Positions 46,156 to 56,003 of a stretch of 64,000 nt of DNA are shown in pieces. The stretch spans positions 6,446-70,445 of the forward strand of contig JACQUZ010000088.1 of assembly GCA_016210055.1 (NCBI GenBank), written 5' to 3'. The number at the start of each line of letters is the position of its first letter. Position 1 is the stretch's first letter. The DNA comes from Deltaproteobacteria bacterium. GTDB lineage: Bacteria > Myxococcota_A > Polyangia > Haliangiales > SHYZ01. Below the pieces are notes generated by a model that was not told where the DNA came from, made no database searches, and saw only the letters and a list, made by a program, of their open reading frames with translations. Position numbers and translations under genes: made by a program.

Positions 46156-47481
46156 ATGCGCCCGCGACCATCCGTCACCTACTTGCCACACCGGGGGCCT
46201 TCCCCGCACGTGCTGTCCATCGTCCTCGCCGGCGGGGAGGGGCGACGCCTGTACCCTCTCACGGCCGAGCGTGCCAAGCCCGCCGTCCCGATTGGTGGGC
46301 GTTACCGGCTCGTCGACTTCGCGCTTTCAAACCTCGTCAACAGCGGCTTCCTGAAGATCAAGGTCCTCACCCAGTACAAGTCCGATTCGCTGAACACGCA
46401 TATCGCCCGGGGCTGGCGCCTCCCGGCCATGCTGGATTTCTATGTCGAGGCCGTGCCGGCCCAGCAGCGTATCGGCAAGCAATGGTTCCAGGGTTCTGCC
46501 GACGCCATGCTCCAGTCACTGCACGTCATCACCGACGAGGATCCCGACTACGTGACGATCTTTGGAGGAGACCACATGTACAAGATGGACGTGCGGCAAC
46601 TCCTCGATTCACACCTGGAACGGGAGGCTGATGTCACGGTGGCGGCGGTCCGGATCCCGGTCCATGAGGCGTCGGCTTTCGGCGTGCTGGCCATCGATGA
46701 TCAGAATCGCATTGTGGACTTCGACGAGAAGCCCTCACGACCCAAGGAAATGCCCGGAAGGCCTGGTTGGTGCTTGGCCTCGATGGGGAACTACGTGTTT
46801 AGCAGCAACATCCTCATCGAGGAGCTCCTGCGAGATCACGAACGGGCCGACACGCAACATGATTTCGGCCGCGACATCCTGCCCAACATGGTGGGGAAGC
46901 GAAAGGTCTTTGCCTATGACTTCGCCCAGAACGAGATCCCGGCGCAGCCGGAGCACGAGCGCGGGTACTGGCGGGACGTTGGTACGATCCTCTCGTACTG
47001 GCAGGCCAACATGGACTTGCTTGCGGTTTCGCCCACGTTCGACCTCTACAACCCGCGCTGGCCAATCCGCACCTTCACGAGGCCGCTTCCGCCGGCAAAG
47101 TTCGTGTTCGCCGACGAGGAGCATGCACGCATGGGGATAGCCACCGACTCCCTGGTGTGCGAGGGCTGCATCATCTCCGGCGGGCGCATCGACCGAACGA
47201 TCCTAGGTGCCGCAGCGAGGATCAACAGCTTCGCGCACGTGGAGGAGTCGATCTTGTTCGACGGGGTTGAGGTGGGTCGTCACGCGCGCCTCCGCCGGGT
47301 CATCGTGGACAAGAACGTCGCCATTCCGCCGCACGCAGAAATCGGTTTCGATCCCGAGCGGGACTCGCGTCTCTATCACGTCCAGGACGGTATCGTCGTC
47401 ATTCCCAAGGATTCGGTGATTCCGTCTCGCACCCCGGTGTATTTCACTGCTCCGTCGCAACCAGACCGGGAGCGCGCTTGA
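46156..47481 (+). CDS. glgC: Glucose-1-phosphate adenylyltransferase
   Basis: LAGGEGRRLYPLT..RAKPAVPIGG, WFQGSADA, GDHMYKMD, ASMGNYVF, HDFG, YWRDVGT. Confidence 0.97.
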   Translation: MRPRPSVTYLPHRGPSPHVLSIVLAGGEGRRLYPLTAERAKPAVPIGGRYRLVDFALSNLVNSGFLKIKVLTQYKSDSLNTHIARGWRLPAMLDFYVEAVPAQQRIGKQWFQGSADAMLQSLHVITDEDPDYVTIFGGDHMYKMDVRQLLDSHLEREADVTVAAVRIPVHEASAFGVLAIDDQNRIVDFDEKPSRPKEMPGRPGWCLASMGNYVFSSNILIEELLRDHERADTQHDFGRDILPNMVGKRKVFAYDFAQNEIPAQPEHERGYWRDVGTILSYWQANMDLLAVSPTFDLYNPRWPIRTFTRPLPPAKFVFADEEHARMGIATDSLVCEGCIISGGRIDRTILGAAARINSFAHVEESILFDGVEVGRHARLRRVIVDKNVAIPPHAEIGFDPERDSRLYHVQDGIVVIPKDSVIPSRTPVYFTAPSQPDRERA

Positions 47482-47484
47482 CGC

Positions 47485-49959
47485 ATGTCCGAGCGGTACA
47501 TCGTCATCCACGGGCACTTCTACCAGCCGCCCCGTGAGAACCCTTGGATCGAGGAGACCGAGCTCCAGGACTCGGCGGCGCCGTATCACGACTGGAACGA
47601 GCGGATCATCGCGGAGTGCTACGGCCCCAATTCGGCCGCGCGAATCGTGGGAGCGTCGGGTGGCGTCATCGGCATCCTCAACAACTATGCGAAGATCTCG
47701 TTCAACGTAGGACCCACGCTCCTCGCCTGGCTGGAACGCTGGGCGCCGAGCACGTATCAGAAGATCCTCGAGGCGGACCGGGCCAGCATGAAGGAGCGAG
47801 GGGGACACGGCAATGCCATTGCCCAAGCCTATAACCACGTAATCCTCCCCTTGGCAACCAAGCGGGATGCGGTGACTGAGATTCGCTGGGGTATCGCCGA
47901 TTTCAAGCGTCGCTTCGGTCGAATGCCCCAGGGAATGTGGCTCCCCGAGTGTGCGGTCGATGAGGGTACCTTGTGTCTCCTGTGCGACGAGGGGATTGCC
48001 TTCACCGTCTTGGGTCCCAAGCAGGCCAGGCGGTTCCGATCCATGTCCTCGTCGGATTGGCACCACGGCATCGACCCGCGGCGGGCGTACCTCTGCGAGC
48101 TTCCGGGCGGCCGATCGATCGTCCTGTTCTTCTACGACGCGGGCGTCGCGCACGACATCGCGTTCGGACAGGCCCTGGCCGATCGCGACGCGCTCGTAGG
48201 GCGGCTCTTGTCGGCCTTTGGCGACGCCGGGACGAGCCCAGGCGCGGGACCTTGGCTGGTAAATGTGGCCACCGACGGTGAGACATTCGGTCACCACCGT
48301 CCGTTCGGCGACATGGTGCTCGCAGCCGCCATCGAGCGCCTGGAACGAGAGCATCACGCAACGCTCACCAACTACGCTCAGTTCCTGGCACTCAATCCAC
48401 CGACCCACGCCGTCGATCTCGTCACTCCTTCGTCCTGGTCGTGCGCGCATGGTCTGGGACGGTGGCGCGACGACTGCGGATGCGTCACCAACGCGCGACT
48501 TGGATGGCATCAGAGGTGGCGACGTCCGCTCCGTGACGCCCTCGATGACCTGAGCGAACGGCTCGCAGAGCTCTTCGCTCGGTGCGCGGCGCCGCTCCTC
48601 GCGAGCCCCTGGGAGGCGCGTGATGCATACATCCGGGTGATCTTGGATCGCTCCCCCGGGGCCGTGGACTCATTCCTCGACGAGCACTCGACCAGGCCGC
48701 TCCTCGAGCACGAGCGAGTGATCGTGCTCAAGCTCCTCGAGATGCAGCGGCATGCGCTGCTCATGTACACTTCGTGCGGCTGGTTCTTCGGGGAGCTCTC
48801 GGGACCAGAAGGCGTCCAAAACCTGAAGTACGCAGCGCGTGCCATCCAGCTTGCCAGGGAGATCGATGGGACGAACCTCGAGGCTTCCTTTCGAGCCGCC
48901 CTCGCCAGGGCACCCTCGAACATCTTAGATGGGCAACGTCCGATGGATGGGCGGCGAGTGCTCGACCAGTGGGTCAGGCCTTCGGTCGTGAACCTGGGAC
49001 GGGTGGTAGCGCACTACGCCATTTCGTCGCTGTTCGAGCACTACCCGCGGCGCGGCCGGATTTTCTGCTACCTCTATGAAGCGGACGACTGGGCGCGCAA
49101 GTCCCGTGGGCCCACCACGCTGGCGATCGGTCGCGTGCGCCTGTCGTCGGAGATCACCCGCGAGGCCACCCATGCCTCGTTTGCCGCGCTCCATTTCGGC
49201 GGCCACGACGTGCGCTGTGCCATCATGAGTCTCTCCGACCTGCCGATCTACGAGGACTTGAAATCCGATCTCCTCGCCCTATTCGAGCGGCGATCGATTG
49301 GAGACGTGGTGCGCGCGATTGACAGGCACTTCGCCGGACGCGACTACGCGCTGTCGGACCTGTTCCTCGACGAGCGACGCAAGATCTTGCGGGTGCTCGT
49401 CGCTGACATCTTGGCCCGACATCATTCACAGCTGTTCGAGGCGTTTGAAGAAAACCGACCTCTCCTCCGCTTCCTCGTCGAAGCCGATACACCGGTGCCG
49501 GGGCCTCTGCGGGCGGCAGCCGACTACGCCCTGTCCATGCGCCAAGTCGAGCTCTTGGCCGAGGCCCGGCTTGGCTCGTCTCGCTTCGAAGCCGCGCGGT
49601 CCGAGCTGGTTCACCTCAAAGAGGAGGCGCGCGCCCTCGGCGTTTCCCTTGACCTCACAGAGGCAAAACGAATTCTCGAGGCCCGCATCCTCGACGAGGC
49701 CAGGTCCCTTTCGACCTCGCCCCGGCGCGAAACTGCGAGGGCCTTGCATTCGTATCTCGAGATGGCAGAGGAGCTGGGACTTGCCCCGAACCTCTGGGAA
49801 GTCCAAAACCACTATTGGACCCTTGCCCTAGACGGATCGCGGCAGCCCGACCTTGACGTGGATCTGCTCTTTCGCCTCGGGTGCAAGCTTGGTTTCGACG
49901 AAGAAGGGCTCGAGCATGCCTTGAGCGTCCCAGGGAAGCTTGTGCCAGGCGTGGCGTAG
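47485..49959 (+). CDS. Glycoside hydrolase family 57 protein with DUF3536 domain
   Basis: HGHFYQPPRENPW, YNHVILPL, GMWLPE, ATDGETFGHH, SSWSCAHG, LMYTSCGWFF. Confidence 0.92.
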   Translation: MSERYIVIHGHFYQPPRENPWIEETELQDSAAPYHDWNERIIAECYGPNSAARIVGASGGVIGILNNYAKISFNVGPTLLAWLERWAPSTYQKILEADRASMKERGGHGNAIAQAYNHVILPLATKRDAVTEIRWGIADFKRRFGRMPQGMWLPECAVDEGTLCLLCDEGIAFTVLGPKQARRFRSMSSSDWHHGIDPRRAYLCELPGGRSIVLFFYDAGVAHDIAFGQALADRDALVGRLLSAFGDAGTSPGAGPWLVNVATDGETFGHHRPFGDMVLAAAIERLEREHHATLTNYAQFLALNPPTHAVDLVTPSSWSCAHGLGRWRDDCGCVTNARLGWHQRWRRPLRDALDDLSERLAELFARCAAPLLASPWEARDAYIRVILDRSPGAVDSFLDEHSTRPLLEHERVIVLKLLEMQRHALLMYTSCGWFFGELSGPEGVQNLKYAARAIQLAREIDGTNLEASFRAALARAPSNILDGQRPMDGRRVLDQWVRPSVVNLGRVVAHYAISSLFEHYPRRGRIFCYLYEADDWARKSRGPTTLAIGRVRLSSEITREATHASFAALHFGGHDVRCAIMSLSDLPIYEDLKSDLLALFERRSIGDVVRAIDRHFAGRDYALSDLFLDERRKILRVLVADILARHHSQLFEAFEENRPLLRFLVEADTPVPGPLRAAADYALSMRQVELLAEARLGSSRFEAARSELVHLKEEARALGVSLDLTEAKRILEARILDEARSLSTSPRRETARALHSYLEMAEELGLAPNLWEVQNHYWTLALDGSRQPDLDVDLLFRLGCKLGFDEEGLEHALSVPGKLVPGVA

Positions 49960-49975
49960 CCAGCGAGAGGGTGTG

Positions 49976-50641
49976 ATGCCGGAACCGTTCCTTTTTCGAA
50001 AAGTGCTCTACCTCGTTGAAGCGTCGGGAAAGCGCGCGCGCAACCTCGACGAGCTCCTCCGGTTGGTAACCGTGATTGACCCGTCGTCCGTGGGTTTCCA
50101 CATGCACCGCGAGTTCATCACGTACAAGTTCGCTCACGCCGAGTATCCCAACGACTTCGCGTACTGGGCCGCGCGAGTCCTCGGCGATGAAATCCTCGGG
50201 GAGCGGCTGGCCTACCTACGCGTGTTCAAGTATCCAACCCTGGCGGAGCTCTCGAGGGAGATCGCGGCGATCATCGCGCAGCACCTCATGGCGTATCCCG
50301 AGACAACCGCCGAGCGGGCTCCGAGAGGGAGGGAGTTCAACTTTTGCATGGCCCGGAAGTTCGTCATGGAGACCGGGCGGTCCGCCCGGAACCTCCCTGA
50401 GTTCACAGGTGCGATCGCCGAAATCGAAGCCTCGTCGCTCTACTACCACTTGTTCGAGACCCGATTTGGCGGCGGCGAGCCTGGGCGGCGCAATGACTTC
50501 GCGACGTGGGCGCTTCTCAGCCTAAAGCATCCGGCGCTCGCCGACAGGCTGGACAGCATCGATCCGTACATGTTCAGCATCGAGCAGGCTCGTAGAGTGC
50601 TCCTGCGCATCTTGTCCGAGGCCCAGGCGGAGGGAGCGTGA
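49976..50641 (+). CDS. DUF5752 family protein (two internal repeats)
   Basis: Repeats ARNLDEL..SSVGFH..PNDFAYW and ARNLPEF..SSLYYH..RNDFATW; lies directly before treT-like gene. Confidence 0.85.
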   Translation: MPEPFLFRKVLYLVEASGKRARNLDELLRLVTVIDPSSVGFHMHREFITYKFAHAEYPNDFAYWAARVLGDEILGERLAYLRVFKYPTLAELSREIAAIIAQHLMAYPETTAERAPRGREFNFCMARKFVMETGRSARNLPEFTGAIAEIEASSLYYHLFETRFGGGEPGRRNDFATWALLSLKHPALADRLDSIDPYMFSIEQARRVLLRILSEAQAEGA

Positions 50642-51885
50642 TGATGCAAGGGGAAAAGCTGGGGTTGGACTCATACCGGCAAGTGGTCGGCGACAGGGTC
50701 GTTGGGGAGCTGTACAGGCTGGCCGATCGGCTACGCGGATCGTCGGTGCAGCACGTGAACTCAACGCGCGCTGGCGGTGGGGTCGCCGAGATCTTGGAGC
50801 GCCTGACGCCCCTGACCAATGAGCTCGAGATTCGCGCCCACTGGGATGTGATCGAGGGGGAAGATGAATTTTGGCGCGTGACCAAGATGTTCCACAACGC
50901 GATCCAAGGGGACGAGGTCGACTTCACGAGCGCCGACTTCGACACCTACATCAAGTGGAATCGCCTGAACTCCCAGAAGATCGACCTCTTTGGGGACTGC
51001 GTGTTCATCCATGATCCGCAGCCCGCCGCCCTCATCGAGCGTCGGAAGCCAGGAACCAGGCAGCGATTCGTCTGGCGGTGCCATATCGACGCGTCCACGC
51101 CCATGCCGCGGGCTTGGCGGTTTCTCGAGCAGTTCGTCCGACGCTTCGACGCGTCCATCTTCAGCGCGCCGCAGTTCGCCCAGAGCCAGCTGCGAATCCC
51201 GCAGTTCCTGATCGCGCCCTCGATTGATCCCCTGTCGCCCAAGAACCGCCCGCTTTCCGCCGACCAGGTTGAGAGCGTGCTCGAGCGTTTTCACGTGGAT
51301 CGGAGGCGCCCGATCCTCCTGCAGGTCTCTAGGTTCGACCGGTTCAAGGACCCGATCGGTGTGATTCGTGCCTACCGCATGGTCAAGGAGACGAACGACT
51401 GCCAGCTTGTCCTTGCCGGCGGGAGTGCCACCGACGATCCCGACGGGGCAGCCGTCCTGGTCGAGGTTCAGGAGGAGGCGGTCGGAGACCCAGACATCCA
51501 CGTGCTGGTTCTGCCACCGGACGCGCATTTCGAGATAAACGCCCTCCAGAGGGGCGCGTCCATCGTGCTCCAGAAGTCGCTCCGGGAGGGGTTTGGCCTG
51601 ACGGTGAGTGAGGCGCTCTGGAAGGGGAAACCGGTGGTCGGTGGGGCTACGGGTGGAATTCCGCTCCAGATCCTCGACGGAGTGAACGGATACTTGGTGT
51701 ACTCACCAGAGGGCGCTGCGTTCCGCATCCGCTACTTGCTCAACCATCCTGAAGTCGCCTCGGAGATGGGGAGAAGGGGCGTGGAGATGGTCCGCCAGAA
51801 TTTCCTCCTGACACGCAACCTTCGGGAGTACCTGATGGTCATTCACGCCGCGCAAGAACCTAGGAGGGGGATCATCGAGCTCTGA
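50638..51885 (+). CDS. treT: TreT-type glycosyl-transferring trehalose synthase (GT4)
   Basis: HVNSTRAGGGVAEIL, TKMFHNAIQG, IHDPQP, WRCHID, PSIDPLSPKN, QVSRFDRFKDP, QKSLREGFGLTVSEALWK. Confidence 0.85.
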   Translation: MMMQGEKLGLDSYRQVVGDRVVGELYRLADRLRGSSVQHVNSTRAGGGVAEILERLTPLTNELEIRAHWDVIEGEDEFWRVTKMFHNAIQGDEVDFTSADFDTYIKWNRLNSQKIDLFGDCVFIHDPQPAALIERRKPGTRQRFVWRCHIDASTPMPRAWRFLEQFVRRFDASIFSAPQFAQSQLRIPQFLIAPSIDPLSPKNRPLSADQVESVLERFHVDRRRPILLQVSRFDRFKDPIGVIRAYRMVKETNDCQLVLAGGSATDDPDGAAVLVEVQEEAVGDPDIHVLVLPPDAHFEINALQRGASIVLQKSLREGFGLTVSEALWKGKPVVGGATGGIPLQILDGVNGYLVYSPEGAAFRIRYLLNHPEVASEMGRRGVEMVRQNFLLTRNLREYLMVIHAAQEPRRGIIEL

Positions 51886-51890
51886 GCAAC

Positions 51891-51916
51891 CTCACCTGGC
51901 TTGTGAGCCAGGTGAG
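51891..51916. terminator. Hairpin between convergent genes (possible bidirectional terminator)
   Basis: CTCACCTGGCT-TGTG-AGCCAGGTGAG, perfect 11-bp stem 5 nt after the treT stop; no U-tract. Confidence 0.55.
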
Positions 51917-51968
51917 AGTGTCTACGTACCGCTCGTGGATAGTTGAAGGCCCGAGGAGGCTCTGGAGG

Positions 51969-52223
51969 TCACGACTCGGCATACGTGCGGATTTGCTCGC
52001 GCACGCTCTCCTCGTTGATTCCCGTTCGGATATACTCCTGAAGGCAGTCGGCCAGCGTGATCATCATGTCCGAGACGCCGCGATCTTCGACCAGCTTTGC
52101 CAGAAGGGCCCGCGCCTCTCGGCTCTCGTCGTCTCGAAGGAATTCTCGTACCAGGTCGAGCGTCATGTCCCCTTTGAAGTCGAGAATTAGGTTGTCGATC
52201 AGGTATGCGATGAGTCGCTTCAC
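51969..52223 (-). CDS. Small hypothetical helical protein (84 aa)
   Basis: GGAGG RBS plus GTG; protein-like composition; fills the gap between neighbours. Confidence 0.75.
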   Translation of the reverse strand: MKRLIAYLIDNLILDFKGDMTLDLVREFLRDDESREARALLAKLVEDRGVSDMMITLADCLQEYIRTGINEESVREQIRTYAES

Positions 52224-52375
52224 CGTTGTCCTCCGGAGTGCTCCTCAGCAGGCGAGCGCATGTACTTGATAAACAAAGAACGGATGCCCCGCTTTTACAC
52301 TGGATTTCCTTGCAAATCAACCTTTTTGCCGCGCTCGAGCAGGCGGCGGAAAAGGTTTCTCAAGGAGGTTTTCCC

Positions 52376-52921
52376 ATCGTTTTAGGACTTCCTTTCGACT
52401 TCGCGTTAGGTCTCTTCTTTGCCGCCTGTGCCAAGGAGCGGGTGAGGCGCGACGGGGTGTTTTCGAAAACCCCTCTGGCACTCGTGTGCGCGCACGCTAC
52501 CCTGGCACTCTTGCCACGTGCGCTCTACTTGTGCCTGGCCCATCCGGCATGGAGCGTGCTCTACCTGTGGGACCCATCTAGGTTGCCCCCGCTCGTCATG
52601 GTCCCTTTGGTGCTCCTGGATGCCGCCCTTCTTCTCGCGGGATATCTTCAAGGGGCGCGGCTCATTCGGAACGGGAAAACCAGCTGGGCGTGGGGCATCG
52701 TTGCGGGCGTCGCGTTTTTCCTCGCCTTGCTCGGGTATTTTCTTCGACACCGGATCGTTCACTACGGGAGCCACGCACAGTTCCATTCAGGGCACGCCCT
52801 TCCTTTGGGCGACGTGAAGCTCGGGTACGTGCTCGTGGCCATCGCTGTCGGAGTGGTGGTTCACGTGGGTGTCGTCGGCTGGGAGCTCCAAAGAGACGCC
52901 AAGAGGGTGGCCGAGGTTTAG
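52376..52921 (+). CDS. Hypothetical membrane protein (~5 TM)
   Basis: Hydrophobic helices, HPAWSVLY; best RBS (AAGGAGG) precedes an in-frame ATC, so the start is uncertain. Confidence 0.7.
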   Translation: MVLGLPFDFALGLFFAACAKERVRRDGVFSKTPLALVCAHATLALLPRALYLCLAHPAWSVLYLWDPSRLPPLVMVPLVLLDAALLLAGYLQGARLIRNGKTSWAWGIVAGVAFFLALLGYFLRHRIVHYGSHAQFHSGHALPLGDVKLGYVLVAIAVGVVVHVGVVGWELQRDAKRVAEV

Positions 52922-52991
52922 CGGATCTCGGGACCTCACTTCTTTGGCCGTATTGACGCGGGGTAATGCGCTTTGCTAGCTTGCGGCATTC

Positions 52992-53429
52992 ATGGATCGG
53001 ACGGTCCCCATGCGAGGGAGCGGTTCCTGTTCCCGATTGTCATCGGCAGCCATAGTCCTGGCCAGCCTGATTGCGGCGGGTGGCTGCGGCCCCGTCGAGT
53101 ACTTGCATCAGGTGACGCGCCGGGCGCAGACGGCCGTGTCGGCGGCCAAGTCGGCAGGAGCAGACCGCCACGCACCGTACGAGTACACGGCAGCGGCGGA
53201 ATACCTCCACAAGGCGCGTGAAGAGGCTGGATACGCCGACTACCAAAGCGCGATCCGATTCGGCCGCAAGGCGGAAGTGCTCGCGCTAAGAGCCGCGAAG
53301 ATCGCCCTGGCAACCGCCGGGAGACAGCCACTGGAAGCAGGGGAGTCCCCAATCGATCCGAGCGAATCACCCGCAACGCCGACGAGTGATGACGGTCCCT
53401 CTGCGGACGGTGAGGGTAGGGACGAATGA
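52992..53429 (+). CDS. DUF4398 lipoprotein
   Basis: AGGC lipobox; APYEYTAAAEYLHKAREE; TTGACG-N18-TAGCTT upstream. Confidence 0.85.
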   Translation: MDRTVPMRGSGSCSRLSSAAIVLASLIAAGGCGPVEYLHQVTRRAQTAVSAAKSAGADRHAPYEYTAAAEYLHKAREEAGYADYQSAIRFGRKAEVLALRAAKIALATAGRQPLEAGESPIDPSESPATPTSDDGPSADGEGRDE

Positions 53430-54532
53430 TTCTGCGGCTGGCGTCCCTTCTCTCGTGCTGTCTCGTCGCGGGAATTCTTCCCGGGTGCGCGGGTGGGGAG
53501 CTCGAGGGTCGGGCCTCGGCCATCAGGCGGGTCATCAAGAACGCGCGTGACAACGGTGCCTACAAGTGCGCGCCCAGAGAGCTTGCCCTCGCTGTTTCGC
53601 ACGCCGACTTCGCCGAGCAGGAGCTCTCGGATGGGGACTACTACCGAGCCCGACAGGAGCTCGCCATCGCCGACGAGAACGCCCGCCTCGCGGTCGACAA
53701 GTCGCCCCGCGAGAAGTGCAACCCCAAGCTCGCCATCGCCGACCCGCCAAAGGAGGTCGTGATCAAGCGGCTCGATTCCGACGGCGATGGCCTGCATGAC
53801 GACGAGGACGGTTGCCCGAACGAGCCCGAAGACAAGGACAACTTCCAGGACGACGACGGGTGTCCCGAGCCGGACAACGACGTGGACGGCATCGTCGATG
53901 CCTCGGACACGTGTCCACTCGTCCCAGAAGACAAGGACGACTTCCAGGATGAGGACGGCTGCCCGGAGGACGACAACGATTCGGATGGGCTTGCTGACGC
54001 GATTGACCAGTGCCCGAACGAGGCCGAGGACAAGGACGGCTTCCAAGACGACGACGGTTGTCCCGACGCCGACAACGATGGCGACAAGGTCGTCGATTTT
54101 CCGACGCCGAGCGACAAGTGCCCGGATCAGTACGCCGAGACCCCAGATGGCTGTCCGCAGAAATACCAGCTCATCGTCATCACCCCGCAGAAGATCGAGC
54201 TGAAGCAGACCATCTACTTCGATTTCCGCAAGGCCACGATCAAGCCCATCAGCTATCCGTTGCTCAACGAAGTCGCGGCGGCCCTCAAGGACCATGCAAC
54301 AATTCGAGTCCGCATCGAGGGGCACACGGACAGTCGCGGCTCGCGCAAGTTCAACATGAAGCTTAGCCAAGCGCGTGCCGAGGCGGTAAGGGCCTACCTC
54401 GGAGCGCATGGAATCCAGGGCGACCGCATGAACCCAGTGGGATTCGGGCCCACCATTCCGATCGCCGATAACCGGACCCAGGCCGGGCGAGATCAGAACC
54501 GCCGGGTCGAGTTCGTCATCACTAGCCAGTGA
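53426..54532 (+). CDS. OmpA-family lipoprotein with DUF4398-like N-terminus and thrombospondin type-3 repeats
   Basis: LPGC lipobox; CAPRELA; repeats CP.EPEDKD.FQD.DGCP; IEGHTDSRG, LSQARA, NRRVEF. Confidence 0.93.
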   Translation: MILRLASLLSCCLVAGILPGCAGGELEGRASAIRRVIKNARDNGAYKCAPRELALAVSHADFAEQELSDGDYYRARQELAIADENARLAVDKSPREKCNPKLAIADPPKEVVIKRLDSDGDGLHDDEDGCPNEPEDKDNFQDDDGCPEPDNDVDGIVDASDTCPLVPEDKDDFQDEDGCPEDDNDSDGLADAIDQCPNEAEDKDGFQDDDGCPDADNDGDKVVDFPTPSDKCPDQYAETPDGCPQKYQLIVITPQKIELKQTIYFDFRKATIKPISYPLLNEVAAALKDHATIRVRIEGHTDSRGSRKFNMKLSQARAEAVRAYLGAHGIQGDRMNPVGFGPTIPIADNRTQAGRDQNRRVEFVITSQ

Positions 54533-54539
54533 CGCCGAG

Positions 54540-56003
54540 GTGAGCATGAAGTGTCAAAAGATTTTGCTTCTTCCCCTCGTGGCCGTCCTCTTCGCCTGGA
54601 AGGTGCCAGCGGTGCACGCGCAGGATGCCAAGGCGGTCAAGAAGGTAGAGGACAAGAACCGAGCCGCGATGGAGGACTACGATCTCCTCGAGTTCGAGAA
54701 CGCCAAGAAGCAGCTCAATGAGGCGCTGGTCCTCATCAAAAAGGACAAGCTGGACAAGCATCCTGTCGCGGCTCGCACCCACCTCAACCTGGGGATCGTC
54801 CTCGGGGGCGGGCTTGGGGACGCCGATACGGCGCTGCTCGAGCTCATCAGCGCCCTCGAGATCGACCAATACCTCAAGCTGCCGGACTCCTATCGAACGC
54901 CCGAGCTTTCCAAGTTGTTTGAACAGGCCAAGTCCACGGTCTCCTCTACTTCCGGAGGAACGGGAAGCCATGGGCCGGAGGCAGGGGGCGACGAGGAGGT
55001 GACCGGGCTCAAGCATGTGCTCATCGACGAGGCCAAGGGCGGAGCGTCGGTTCGCGTGACCGCCAAGGTGGGGGCCGACGTGAAGGCAAGCAAGGTACTT
55101 CTGTTCTACCGGCGGCAGGGGGCCGAGGAGTTCACCCCGGTGGTCATGAAGAACAAGGGTGGCGTCAATTACGAGGGTGATATCCCTGCCGGTGCGACTT
55201 CTGGGGAATCGGTTCACTACTACATCGAGGCCAGGAATAGCGCAGGGAAGGTGGCGGCGACGAACGGCAATGCGGGATCACCAAACATCATCACGCTCGT
55301 GCACGAGAAGCCGAGCGGCGGTGGTTCGAGCTCTGGTGACGACGGTGGAGAGGACGAAGAGAACCCGCTTGGTCACCAAGGAGGCCCTAGCGGTGGCGGC
55401 AGCGATGACGACGGCGAGGAGACCACTATCAGTCGCAGGGTGGAGCGATCGGCGACGAGGCTGTTCTTCAGCGTCACGGGGGGGACGTCGGGCGCGTACG
55501 TGAGGGGCCAGACGGAGCAGAGGCACCGTGGAGTCAAGTGCTGTTACGCATGGGAACCCGCTCATTTTGGAGCCGAGCTCGGGTTCTGGATTACCAAGTC
55601 ACTCGCTCTTTCTGGGATCGTTAGGATGGGGGTGCCTTATGGCGCCAATATCGATGGTCATGCCCCGAGTGCGCCCGCCGGGTTCCTGCGCATGAGCTAT
55701 GCGCCTGGTGCCGGCTACTCGGGCTTGCTGCTCCACGGTGACGTGGGCTTTGGCACCATTCGGCAGATCATTCCGTTGGATAGACAGGACAAGAGCGACC
55801 CAGAAGAGGTGGACATTCACACGACGGGTCCACTCTTCGTTGGGGGGGGGCTCGGCTACGTCCTCTCCATGGGTGGACCCCTGCGCCTCGTAATCGACGG
55901 CTCGATTCAGGTTGGCATCCCCGTAGTCGACAGCCTTGGCCGAGCGGTACCGCAGTTTGGTTTGAACAACGATCTTAGCGTGGGTCTTGCGCTCGCGTTC
56001 TAA
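54540..56003 (+). CDS. Exported TPR + Ig-like + putative beta-barrel protein
   Basis: Signal peptide; TPR-like helices; VHYYIEA beta domain; Gly/Asp linker; amphipathic strands ending in Phe. Confidence 0.7.
   Translation: MSMKCQKILLLPLVAVLFAWKVPAVHAQDAKAVKKVEDKNRAAMEDYDLLEFENAKKQLNEALVLIKKDKLDKHPVAARTHLNLGIVLGGGLGDADTALLELISALEIDQYLKLPDSYRTPELSKLFEQAKSTVSSTSGGTGSHGPEAGGDEEVTGLKHVLIDEAKGGASVRVTAKVGADVKASKVLLFYRRQGAEEFTPVVMKNKGGVNYEGDIPAGATSGESVHYYIEARNSAGKVAATNGNAGSPNIITLVHEKPSGGGSSSGDDGGEDEENPLGHQGGPSGGGSDDDGEETTISRRVERSATRLFFSVTGGTSGAYVRGQTEQRHRGVKCCYAWEPAHFGAELGFWITKSLALSGIVRMGVPYGANIDGHAPSAPAGFLRMSYAPGAGYSGLLLHGDVGFGTIRQIIPLDRQDKSDPEEVDIHTTGPLFVGGGLGYVLSMGGPLRLVIDGSIQVGIPVVDSLGRAVPQFGLNNDLSVGLALAF

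Noticed and set aside
53770-54160. Periodic DNA repeats resembling an array
   Set aside because: They are degenerate in-frame thrombospondin type-3 repeats of the OmpA protein; there are no identical repeats with unique spacers and no cas genes
53426-56003. TraA/TraB kin-recognition locus
   Set aside because: This OmpA is a DUF4398-type lipoprotein without an N-terminal barrel, and no PA14/Cys-rich MYXO-CTERM TraA gene is adjacent
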